In this document: in pieces, positions 45,554 to 53,206 of the stretch
Position numbering within the stretch: position 1 is the stretch's first letter
Layout: each line of letters begins with the position of its first letter
Assembly: GCA_964520375.1 (NCBI GenBank)
Contig: CAZFNQ010000001.1
Location: forward strand, 5,842-59,047
Direction: 5' to 3'
Source: an uncultured Candidatus Saccharibacteria bacterium
Lineage (GTDB): Bacteria > Patescibacteriota > Saccharimonadia > Saccharimonadales > JANWIN01
Length of the DNA: 53,206 nucleotides
Notes under the pieces: generated by a model
Database searches by the model: none
What the model was told of the DNA's origin: nothing
Seen by the model: the letters and a program-made list of their open reading frames with translations, nothing else
Made by a program: the position numbers and the translations under genes

Positions 45554-46325
45554 ACAAACTGCCGAACAGCCGCTGTTCCCAGATCTTATCTGGAGCCGCC
45601 CCCAAAACAAGCATACTTCTGGCAAACTATTAATTATTGGTGGCAATATTCATAGCTTTGCCGCCGCTGGACAGGCGTATAGTGCTGCCCAGCAAGCCGG
45701 CATCGGAACCGCACGGGTTGTTTTACCCAACGTATTGCAACCTACCATTAGTAAGTTAATACCTGAGGCCTATTTTGTAGCCAGCACACCCAGTGGAAGC
45801 TTGGCCGAGCGATCTTTGGCAGAAATTTTAGAATTATCCGCCTGGGCAGACGCCTTGCTCGTGGCTGGAGACTTAGGCCGCAACAGCGAAACAGCCATTC
45901 TACTAGAAAAACTTGTCAGCAAATATAGTGGCCTTTTGGTCCTGACAAAAGACAGCGTGGATCATTTTACGCATTCAGTTGGAGCAATAATTGAAAGACC
46001 CCAAGCCGCATTAGTGCTTAGCATCGCCCAGTTGCAACGGCTTGCAATTAGTGCAAATTTTGAAATGGCTTTTACGTTTGATATGAGCTTAATTAGGCTA
46101 GTGGAATGTTTGCATGAGTTCACGAGCCGATTTGCACCATATATTATCGTCAAACACTTAGATACTTTAATTGTTGCCGCTAACGGACAGGTGAGCTCAA
46201 CTAAGTCTAAAGTAGATGAACAGTCCTGGAGTCTGCCAACTGCCGCCCAGGCCTCTGTTTGGTGGCTGCAAAATCAGAGTAAGCCATTTGAGGCCTTAAC
46301 TTCAGCCGTAAATACTGCAAACTAA
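45492..46325 (+). CDS. YjeF C-terminal-like carbohydrate-kinase fold (NAD(P)HX dehydratase-like); start uncertain
   Basis: RPQNKHTSGKLLIIGGN...AAGQAYSAAQQAGIG resembles the R..HKG..G.vliiGG..y.GA pattern. Possible starts are the TTG at 45492, the TTG at 45519 and the GTG at 45531, all overlapping the HAD gene. Confidence 0.5.
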   Translation: MSAKIWFIDLSLKVEHTYWYKQTAEQPLFPDLIWSRPQNKHTSGKLLIIGGNIHSFAAAGQAYSAAQQAGIGTARVVLPNVLQPTISKLIPEAYFVASTPSGSLAERSLAEILELSAWADALLVAGDLGRNSETAILLEKLVSKYSGLLVLTKDSVDHFTHSVGAIIERPQAALVLSIAQLQRLAISANFEMAFTFDMSLIRLVECLHEFTSRFAPYIIVKHLDTLIVAANGQVSSTKSKVDEQSWSLPTAAQASVWWLQNQSKPFEALTSAVNTAN

Positions 46326-46388
46326 TAATCGGTAGCGGTATACCTCTTGTACTTCATTTATAAGTATAGGTATTACTAAGAAACAACA

Positions 46389-46475
46389 TGGTGCCGGGGG
46401 AGGGACTTGAACCCTCATGATATTGCTATCACCGGATTTTGAGTCCGGCGCGTCTACCAATTCCGCCACCCCGGC
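46389..46475 (-). tRNA. tRNA-Leu (anticodon CAA), long variable arm, CCA encoded
   Basis: The reverse complement reads GCCGGGG-T-GGCGGAATTGGTAGACGCG-CCGGA-CTCAAAA-TCCGG-variable arm-GGGTTCAAGTCCCTC-CCCCGGC-A-CCA. Confidence 0.9.
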
Positions 46476-46546
46476 AGGTTATATTATCAGATAGGAGAAC
46501 AGGGACAATTGTACTATATACTATACTTGAGTAATAGTTCTCGCTT

Positions 46547-47788
46547 ATGGATCCACAAAACCCACAACACCAAGCTAATCATCCCCATCAGCCACCCAGT
46601 GATGCCCGTGCTAAGGAAAAAGCCCAAGCTGATAGTGCCGCTAATTTAATTAGACAAAGGCTAGATTCACTGTATGAGGAAGAGCCGGCTGCTAAAGCTG
46701 AGGCACGTGAGGCCGAGCAAGTCACGCACCGCTCCAAGCACCAAAACTTTATGCACAAGTTAAGTGAATCCGGCAAATCGCTAGCCGAAATACAATCAGC
46801 CTGGCATGAATATTACGCCGGTCTGCCGGATAAAGAGAAGTACGAGGTTTGGGATGAGTTCTATAAAAGTAACGGCCAGCAGTCACATTTTGCTACAGCT
46901 CAAGCTCACCAACCCCAGGATAGTGGTGCGCAGGTGGTGGAAACATCCCCGCCAGAAACAGTCAGTCATCACAAACCTGCCAAGCACCACAAGCATCAGC
47001 CTTCTCACGCAACACGATCTGTATCTGACGTTAAACACCAGCTGATGAGCGACTCAAGGCCTCATCGTAAACTTAAAGCTAAACAACATTTTCAATCGTT
47101 ACTGTTTGGTTTGGGGCTAGGTTCAGCCGTAGTACTAATATTACTGTTTGGTTTTTTCAACGAGCGCTTTATCGCTCCATTTATAACACCAAGCCGACAT
47201 GTCAGTTCCACGCCGATTATTACAGACCCGAACAATGACAAAGTCGATCCAGCCCCAAGAGTTATTATTCCAAAAATTAATGTTGAAGCCCCGGTGGTAT
47301 ATAACGAGCCCTCAATCGACGAACAGGCTGTTCAAAAAGCCTTAGAGCGGGGTGTTTTGCACTATGCTACCACACCAAATCCGGGCGAGAGAGGTAACGC
47401 GGTTATCTTTGGTCACTCCAGTAGCAATATCTTAAACCATGGCAAAGCAAAGTTTGCCTTTGTACTGTTGAGTTGGTTGGATAAAGGTGATATTTTTTAC
47501 CTAAATAAAGATGGCAAGCGCTATGTTTACAAAATTTACAAGAAAATGATCGTCAATCCCCAGGACGTAGCAGTAATTGGTCAACAGGACAAACCGGACA
47601 CGGCTACGCTAATAACCTGTGATCCACCAGGCACTTCGGTTCACAGGTTGGTTATAGTCGGTCAGCAAATCAGCCCCAATCCGGCCAGTAATACCGCTAG
47701 TACGGCTATAAAAAGCAATGCTCTTCCAGCCATTATTCCTAGCAACTCAATAACCCTTTGGCAAAGAATTAAAGACTGGTTTAATTAA
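46547..47788 (+). CDS. Sortase-family transpeptidase with a long disordered N-terminal region and a TM anchor
   Basis: Catalytic-type motifs GNAVIFGHSS and TLITCDPPG (TLxTC), plus a downstream Arg in SVHRLVIVG. Confidence 0.8.
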   Translation: MDPQNPQHQANHPHQPPSDARAKEKAQADSAANLIRQRLDSLYEEEPAAKAEAREAEQVTHRSKHQNFMHKLSESGKSLAEIQSAWHEYYAGLPDKEKYEVWDEFYKSNGQQSHFATAQAHQPQDSGAQVVETSPPETVSHHKPAKHHKHQPSHATRSVSDVKHQLMSDSRPHRKLKAKQHFQSLLFGLGLGSAVVLILLFGFFNERFIAPFITPSRHVSSTPIITDPNNDKVDPAPRVIIPKINVEAPVVYNEPSIDEQAVQKALERGVLHYATTPNPGERGNAVIFGHSSSNILNHGKAKFAFVLLSWLDKGDIFYLNKDGKRYVYKIYKKMIVNPQDVAVIGQQDKPDTATLITCDPPGTSVHRLVIVGQQISPNPASNTASTAIKSNALPAIIPSNSITLWQRIKDWFN

Positions 47789-47816
47789 TACCAGCCAGGC
47801 TTAGCAGGCTTAAAGA

Positions 47817-49280
47817 TTATTTGATCTTAAGCTCGGTGCGAGTGAGAGCAATTTTGTGACCTGGCGCAACCGAAGGGGCAATATTGTATAGCGCGTTGAA
47901 ACCAGGATCAAAAAAGATTGTCTGACCTGGCAGTGTGGAAGTCAAGTATTGTTGGTTCACGCCATCAAAATCAAAAACTAAGGTTTTATTTTGAACTGCA
48001 AGAGTTAGCCGTTGTCCATCCATCCAAATGGCCCCAACACTGCTGGCCAGCTTTTGGCCTAGCTGATAATAATACCGGCTATCGCTGTCAATATCATAAA
48101 CCCCAAAACGGTTGCCGCTTTGAGCAGAAATAAAGCGGCTACCTGGCGAAAAAGATAAGAACTTTAAATTAGTCATTCTAAGTACTTTGAAGGGTTGGGG
48201 GGTGCGGCCACTGCGGGCAGAACCGAGGGGATTCTTGTAAATATAGGCATCACCGGTAATTATCGGCGCAATTACTATATAGTCGGCACCACTGTAGCGG
48301 CCAGCAACTATTTTATAAACAGTTTTGGCGGGGTAATGATTAAGTAAGTAGCTTTTTTGGCCATCCCAGAGTTTTACAGTCAGCTTGCCGGGGACAGTTC
48401 CATCGTTAGTTACATATATTAATTGGTTGGGGCCGTCGGATTTAAAAGACATCACTTTAGACAGCAAGACTGCTAATTGTCTGTTCTTTAAATCCGCCGT
48501 TGAAATAGTTTCGGCCTTTTGGCTATATAAGTAGAGTTTGTCAAAACGATGGTCGCGCATTTCAACTGACGACGGATTGACTCCAAACAGCTTGTTTAAA
48601 TTGATTGAACTGGAAGGAGCAGCGCGGTCAAACATAATAAATTCGCTGCCGCCACGGAAATTATGTTTGAGAAGAACATGTCGATTATCACTCGACCATT
48701 CTACGGCGAAAAGCTTATGTGAACCCGCAGATTTTGTTAGTAGGTTACTCGGAAGTGACAGGGATGCCAGGTTTGGACTAGTAACTTTAAAGTCGAACTC
48801 ATCAAACTTATTACTCGATCCGGCCGGTTGAACTAGGAGCCAGCGCCGATTGGGACTTTGAGTGGCCATGACTGGAGCATCATTAAAAAGCTGCCGATCA
48901 GTTCTAAGAAGTTTAGCAGGGAACAGCAACGGATATACCAACTGAGTTACACTGCCGCCATCCAGATAAAAAGTCCGACTCCAATCTCGGTAACCGTTGC
49001 TTTTAAGCAAAAAGCTGTAGTTGCCGGAAGGTATATTTAGCCGTAAGCTAGTTTTGCCTTTGTGATCACCATTGACATAAACATCTGCAGATACTGGCTT
49101 TGAATCAACAAACACCAAACCGTTTTGTATTATCTGGCCGGTATGGCGGTTATAACTGTAACCACGGGCTAATAGAAAGATTAGCCAGGAAGTTAGTCCC
49201 AGTACAATAGCCATTAGAATATAGCCAATAAATAGTCTAATATTATGTTGTCTTTTTTTGGCAGGGTCGAGAAAATCCAT
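47817..49280 (-). CDS. Membrane-anchored PEGA-domain protein with a beta-rich C-terminal region
   Basis: N-terminal TM and a PEGA-like segment (VDSKPVSADVYVNGDHKGKTSLRLNIPSGNYSFLLKSNGY). Confidence 0.65.
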   Translation of the reverse strand: MDFLDPAKKRQHNIRLFIGYILMAIVLGLTSWLIFLLARGYSYNRHTGQIIQNGLVFVDSKPVSADVYVNGDHKGKTSLRLNIPSGNYSFLLKSNGYRDWSRTFYLDGGSVTQLVYPLLFPAKLLRTDRQLFNDAPVMATQSPNRRWLLVQPAGSSNKFDEFDFKVTSPNLASLSLPSNLLTKSAGSHKLFAVEWSSDNRHVLLKHNFRGGSEFIMFDRAAPSSSINLNKLFGVNPSSVEMRDHRFDKLYLYSQKAETISTADLKNRQLAVLLSKVMSFKSDGPNQLIYVTNDGTVPGKLTVKLWDGQKSYLLNHYPAKTVYKIVAGRYSGADYIVIAPIITGDAYIYKNPLGSARSGRTPQPFKVLRMTNLKFLSFSPGSRFISAQSGNRFGVYDIDSDSRYYYQLGQKLASSVGAIWMDGQRLTLAVQNKTLVFDFDGVNQQYLTSTLPGQTIFFDPGFNALYNIAPSVAPGHKIALTRTELKIK

Positions 49281-49366
49281 GTTTGAGTATTGTGAGGTTA
49301 GCTAATCCCTATTTATAGCACTAATGTGCTGCTTCTACTAGCACGTATATTATTGTCAACTGATTA

Positions 49367-49401
49367 GTTTAAGCGTAATATAGGTTCGTAGACGCTTAAG
49401 C
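49367..49401 (+). promoter_or_regulatory. 10-bp inverted repeat in the divergent intergenic region
   Basis: GTTTAAGCGT (49367-49376) pairs with ACGCTTAAGC (49392-49401) including one G-T pair, with a 15-nt loop. It lies 32 nt upstream of the GTG at 49433. Confidence 0.4.
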
Positions 49402-49432
49402 TAAAGCGGCAAAAGAGGGCATTATTGCTACA

Positions 49433-50539
49433 GTGAGCCAACAAAAAAATACATTAGTTATAAATGGTAAAACTTACAATGTCAAAACTGGTTCTATGTT
49501 AAATAATATACCTCCAACCAGCCCACCAGTTCACGGCACCAAGTCACTAGAGGGCTTTATTAAAACTAGCAAAACTCAAAGTGTTGCCCACCAGGCTGCA
49601 CCAGTCAGGCCATCAACCAGATCCCGAGCTACTAGCGCTAATGCCCTACACAGCAAGCGCCAGCACGCCAAAACGCTTATGCGCGGGATTGTTAGCAAAC
49701 CGCATATCAATAAAACCTCGGCCTTTGCCAGCCGCTTAGAACCTGACAGCCAATCAACTATTACCAGTAAAAACATCCATACCAAACTTGCGACCGCTCG
49801 CAAACATCGAGCCCAAGGTATAGCAAAAAGTATCCATGTAAAACGCTTTAACGAAAGCCAGAGCGAGTCGATAGTTACTAAAAAAACAGCGCCTTTAGAT
49901 GTTAAGCCCAGCCCACATCCATATAGTGTTCGTAAATACGAACCGGTGGAAGTAGAGCCACCAAATGCTTCAGAGTCAAGCGACTTTTTTGCAACTGCCC
50001 TCAGCCAAGCCACCAGCCATGAGCAGTTGTCTCCCAAGCCAACTAAAAGACGACACAAGGCAGCTAAGAAGCTAGGCCTCAGCAGAAGGGCTGCTAATAT
50101 TAGTGCCGCAGCGCTAATAGTAATTATCCTGGGCGGATTTGTTGCTTATCAGAACATACCCAATATGGCCATGCGGGTAGCCGTTGCCAGAGCTGGCCTG
50201 CATGCTTCTTTGCCAGGTTATCAGCCATCTGGTTTTTCTCTTAGTCATAATATTCAAACAGCGCCAGGTCAAATAGTGATTAGTTTCAAATCCAACAGTG
50301 ACGATCGACAATTTAAGATTACCCAAATCGCATCGGATTGGAACAGCCAAGCTTTGCAGGATAATTACGTGGCTACTACCGACCAACCTTACCAGCGTGT
50401 CGACCAAAACAATGGTAAAACCGTATTTATATACGGCACGTCCAACGCCAGCTGGGTAGACGGTGGCATCTGGTATAAAGTCGAAGGTAACTCCAGCCTG
50501 ACCAGTGACCAACTTCTCAAAATTGCCAACAGTTTTTAA
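49433..50539 (+). CDS. Single-pass membrane protein with a DUF4367-like extracytoplasmic C-terminal domain
   Basis: Basic, disordered N-terminal half, a TM (AAALIVIILGGFVAY), and a C-terminal LPGYQPSGFSL...W.DGGIWYKVEG.S.LTSDQLLKIANSF pattern, as I recall for DUF4367. Confidence 0.5.
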   Translation: MSQQKNTLVINGKTYNVKTGSMLNNIPPTSPPVHGTKSLEGFIKTSKTQSVAHQAAPVRPSTRSRATSANALHSKRQHAKTLMRGIVSKPHINKTSAFASRLEPDSQSTITSKNIHTKLATARKHRAQGIAKSIHVKRFNESQSESIVTKKTAPLDVKPSPHPYSVRKYEPVEVEPPNASESSDFFATALSQATSHEQLSPKPTKRRHKAAKKLGLSRRAANISAAALIVIILGGFVAYQNIPNMAMRVAVARAGLHASLPGYQPSGFSLSHNIQTAPGQIVISFKSNSDDRQFKITQIASDWNSQALQDNYVATTDQPYQRVDQNNGKTVFIYGTSNASWVDGGIWYKVEGNSSLTSDQLLKIANSF

Positions 50540-50577
50540 AATAACTGGCCCCTGTTGCATGCTACAATACAGCTTAA

Positions 50578-51984
50578 ATGAAAGCTGTTAGAACCAGGTT
50601 TGCACCTAGCCCCACCGGTTTTATGCACGTCGGTGGAGTTAGAACAGCTTTATTCTCATGGCTTGTCGCCAAGCAGGCCAGTGGACAATTCTTGCTACGG
50701 ATTGAGGATACAGACAAAGCTAGGGAAGTCAGAGGTTCGGAGCAGCATATTAAAGATTGTCTTAACTGGTTAGGCATTAAGCCAGATGGACCTGCCTACA
50801 AACAGAGTGATCATTTAGATATCTATAAACAGTGGGCTCAAAAACTTGTTGACAGTGGTCGGGCTTACACTGATTCACGCACGCCAGAGGAATTAGATAA
50901 GATAAGACAGCTTGCTGCAGCAGCCAAGCGCCCAGTATTGTTTCGAGAAAACCGGCCAAAAGACTCACCCAAATGGCAAGACGGTAAGCCACTGCGGTTT
51001 AAGAGCGATCCGAAAATTTACAAATGGCATGATGAAGTCATGGGCGACCTATCTGCCGGCTCTGAAGCAATCGATGATTTCATACTTATGAAGAGTGATG
51101 GTTATCCTACCTATAATTTCGCGCATATAATTGACGATAAACTAATGGAGATCTCACACGTTATCCGCTCTCAGGAATTTTTAGCATCAATTCCAAAATT
51201 CCTAAACTTATATGAAGCGCTAGATATTGAAGCACCTATAATGGCGACTTTGCCCTATGTTATGGGTCCGGATGGCAAAAAGAAACTCAGCAAGCGCGAT
51301 GGCGCCAAAGACTTATTAGACTACGCTAGGGAAGGCTACTTGCCTGAGACTATGGTTAACTTTTTAGCCACGCTGGGCTGGAATGATGGCAGTGAGCAAG
51401 AAATCTTTACGATCGAAGATCTAGTTAAAAAGTTTAGCTTGGGCCGAGTCCAAAGGTCAGGTGCTAAGTTTGACGAACAGCGCTTGCTGTGGCTCAATGG
51501 CGCTCACATTCGCAAACTGAGTCTGGATGAACTATACAAACGCTCAGTAGATTTTTGGCCAGTGGAAGCAAAAAAATATGACGACAAGTATAAAAAGGCA
51601 GTACTTGCCTTAGTCCAAGAACGACTCAAATATCTAGCCGAGCTACCCCAATTGACCAGATTTTTCTTTGTCGATTTACCAGTCGATCCAAAATTAATTA
51701 GTCAGCATAAACAGTTAAAAAAGCTACCTGAAGACGAACTTAAGTCACTACTACAAAAGACCCGAGACGGGCTAAAAAGCAGTGATTTTACAGAGTCAGA
51801 TCTTAGCCGTAAACTAAACGATCTACTCGTTCAAACCGAACAAAAGCCTGCCATACTATTTAGCCTAATCCGTATCGCCACGACCCAAGCGCCAGCTAGT
51901 CCGGGCTTGGCCGAAACACTAGCCGTACTGGGCAAAGCTCGCAGCCTAGAGCGAATAGAAAACGCTATTAGCGCAATGAAATAA
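50578..51984 (+). CDS. gltX: Glutamate--tRNA ligase
   Basis: RFAPSPTGFMHVGGVRTA (HIGH-type) and KLSKRDG (KMSKS-type) motifs. Confidence 0.95.
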   Translation: MKAVRTRFAPSPTGFMHVGGVRTALFSWLVAKQASGQFLLRIEDTDKAREVRGSEQHIKDCLNWLGIKPDGPAYKQSDHLDIYKQWAQKLVDSGRAYTDSRTPEELDKIRQLAAAAKRPVLFRENRPKDSPKWQDGKPLRFKSDPKIYKWHDEVMGDLSAGSEAIDDFILMKSDGYPTYNFAHIIDDKLMEISHVIRSQEFLASIPKFLNLYEALDIEAPIMATLPYVMGPDGKKKLSKRDGAKDLLDYAREGYLPETMVNFLATLGWNDGSEQEIFTIEDLVKKFSLGRVQRSGAKFDEQRLLWLNGAHIRKLSLDELYKRSVDFWPVEAKKYDDKYKKAVLALVQERLKYLAELPQLTRFFFVDLPVDPKLISQHKQLKKLPEDELKSLLQKTRDGLKSSDFTESDLSRKLNDLLVQTEQKPAILFSLIRIATTQAPASPGLAETLAVLGKARSLERIENAISAMK

Positions 51985-53206
51985 CATTATCGTGTTGAAG
52001 ATCTTGCTCGGTCGATGGCTTGGTTGGCACTGTGGTTAATTTTTTACGTCGGCGAATACGCTTGCGTTTTGGTTTTTGAGACGTGCTTTGCTCGCTTGTT
52101 CTAGCACCAAAACTATGAGCCGAAACCGTACCTAGATGCCTGAAAATTGGCGTGTTTGATTCAACAACTGCCTTAGTCTCAACTTTTGCGGCTGTAACAG
52201 TCATAGCCCGATCATCCTTGGCTACAAATTTAGCCAACCTCTGAGGTTCAACATAGCGGGACTGGACTTGTAATTCAATCTCATCGCGCCGAGCGGCATA
52301 CTGACGCCGGCTTTGTTCAATAATTCCAGCAGTTTGATCAGCGTAGGAATCCGGTAAGTCTTTGGTTGTTCCAGAAAAGGCCTGAACCTTTTCACCATTA
52401 ATGGTCATACTGACAGCAAAATGCCGGTTGTGCATGTGTACCAAATCGTGTTCAACAAAAGTCGGTTCAAAGTATCGCTGCATGCCACCAGCATCATCTG
52501 CACTCATTCGAAAGGCAATAATTGAGCCGACGTTACCAAAAACGGCATCACGAACAGCTGGATTCATCTGAGCGATGTACTGGTTAGCGACGGTCAGGTT
52601 TAATCCATACTTACGGGCCTCACTCAGGATAGTAGCAAAGGAATCAGTAGCAAAGTTTTGAAATTCGTCAACATATAAATAAAACGGTGTGCGGTCTTCG
52701 GCGGCAATATTAGCCCGACTCATAGCCGCCATTTGTATTTTGGTAACCAACAGTGCACCTAGCAAAGCTGCGTTATCCTCACCAATAAGGCCGCGCGACA
52801 AATTAACAATTAAGATTTTACGCTCGTCCATAATGTGACGAATGTTAAAGCTGCTTTTGGGCTGGCCGATGATGTTTCGTACGGTCGGGTTAGCTGTAAA
52901 GGCGCCGACTTTGTTCAGTACCGGAGCCACAGCTTCGGCCGCAAATCTTTCATTCCAGCTAGCAAACTCGACGTTCCAAAAATTCCGCACCACTGGATCC
53001 TGCACATATGTCAGTACTTCCTGGCGAAATTTCCTATCGGTTAATATGCGAGTTATATCCAGCATGGTGGCATCAGGGTAATCAAGCAGTGCCAGGATGC
53101 AATATCTCAAAATATATTCCAGCCTGGGCCCCCAACTATCGAACATGCGCTTTAGGACACCAATCAGTTCACTACAGGTATGGGTTTTGAGTTTAGGGTC
53201 ATAGAC
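51968..53206 (-). CDS. VirD4/TraG/TraD-like type IV coupling-protein-type ATPase, C-terminal part; N-terminus lies outside the window
   Basis: The frame stays open upstream of the listed ATG (53146) to the window end. It has a Walker-B-like FYLYVDEFQNFAT and a basic C-terminal tail. Its 3' end overlaps gltX convergently by 17 nt. Confidence 0.55.
   Translation of the reverse strand, partial: VYDPKLKTHTCSELIGVLKRMFDSWGPRLEYILRYCILALLDYPDATMLDITRILTDRKFRQEVLTYVQDPVVRNFWNVEFASWNERFAAEAVAPVLNKVGAFTANPTVRNIIGQPKSSFNIRHIMDERKILIVNLSRGLIGEDNAALLGALLVTKIQMAAMSRANIAAEDRTPFYLYVDEFQNFATDSFATILSEARKYGLNLTVANQYIAQMNPAVRDAVFGNVGSIIAFRMSADDAGGMQRYFEPTFVEHDLVHMHNRHFAVSMTINGEKVQAFSGTTKDLPDSYADQTAGIIEQSRRQYAARRDEIELQVQSRYVEPQRLAKFVAKDDRAMTVTAAKVETKAVVESNTPIFRHLGTVSAHSFGARTSEQSTSQKPKRKRIRRRKKLTTVPTKPSTEQDLQHDNVISLR

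Noticed and set aside
44738-46325. A possible frameshifted fusion of the HAD hydrolase and the YjeF-like gene, given their 62-nt overlap.
   Set aside because: The two domains are unrelated and each looks complete. The overlap is explained more simply by an alternative TTG/GTG start (45519 or 45531) for the second gene.

Overview
Gene-dense (~95% coding) bacterial chromosomal segment with no rRNA, CRISPR array, transposase or integrase. The gene content suggests a reduced-genome Patescibacteria/CPR organism, probably Saccharibacteria-like, but this is inference only and I could not run any search. The content is a complete F-type ATP synthase operon, a cyoABCD quinol oxidase operon, tatA/tatC, a sortase, a VirD4/TraG-like ATPase and small housekeeping genes such as smpB, pyrH, xth and gltX. 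Three tRNAs are present: Asn-GTT, Ser-GGA and Leu-CAA. The best candidate for an undescribed system is a ~10 kb operon at 27.6-37.9 kb. It encodes two very large paralogous collagen-like / phage-tail-fibre-like proteins (1439 and 982 aa) without signal peptides. These are built from G-X-T collagen tracts interleaved with five copies of a ~112-aa module I cannot assign to a known family. Other parts are a CBM5/12-like insert, glycine-rich beta-helix-like repeats, two tiny ORFs, an SGNH esterase and a GT4 glycosyltransferase. The operon sits directly downstream of tatAC and has no other phage genes nearby. Other notable points: two unknown ORFs are translationally coupled inside the F1 part of the atp operon. 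CyoD is fused to an extracytoplasmic cupredoxin-like domain. A TGnTAnnnT box recurs 6-11 nt upstream of many start codons, suggesting leaderless transcripts. A 69-nt nested hairpin lies in the leader of a MacB-type ABC operon. The NRAMP homologue has non-canonical metal-site motifs. All functional calls rest on motif recognition by eye.
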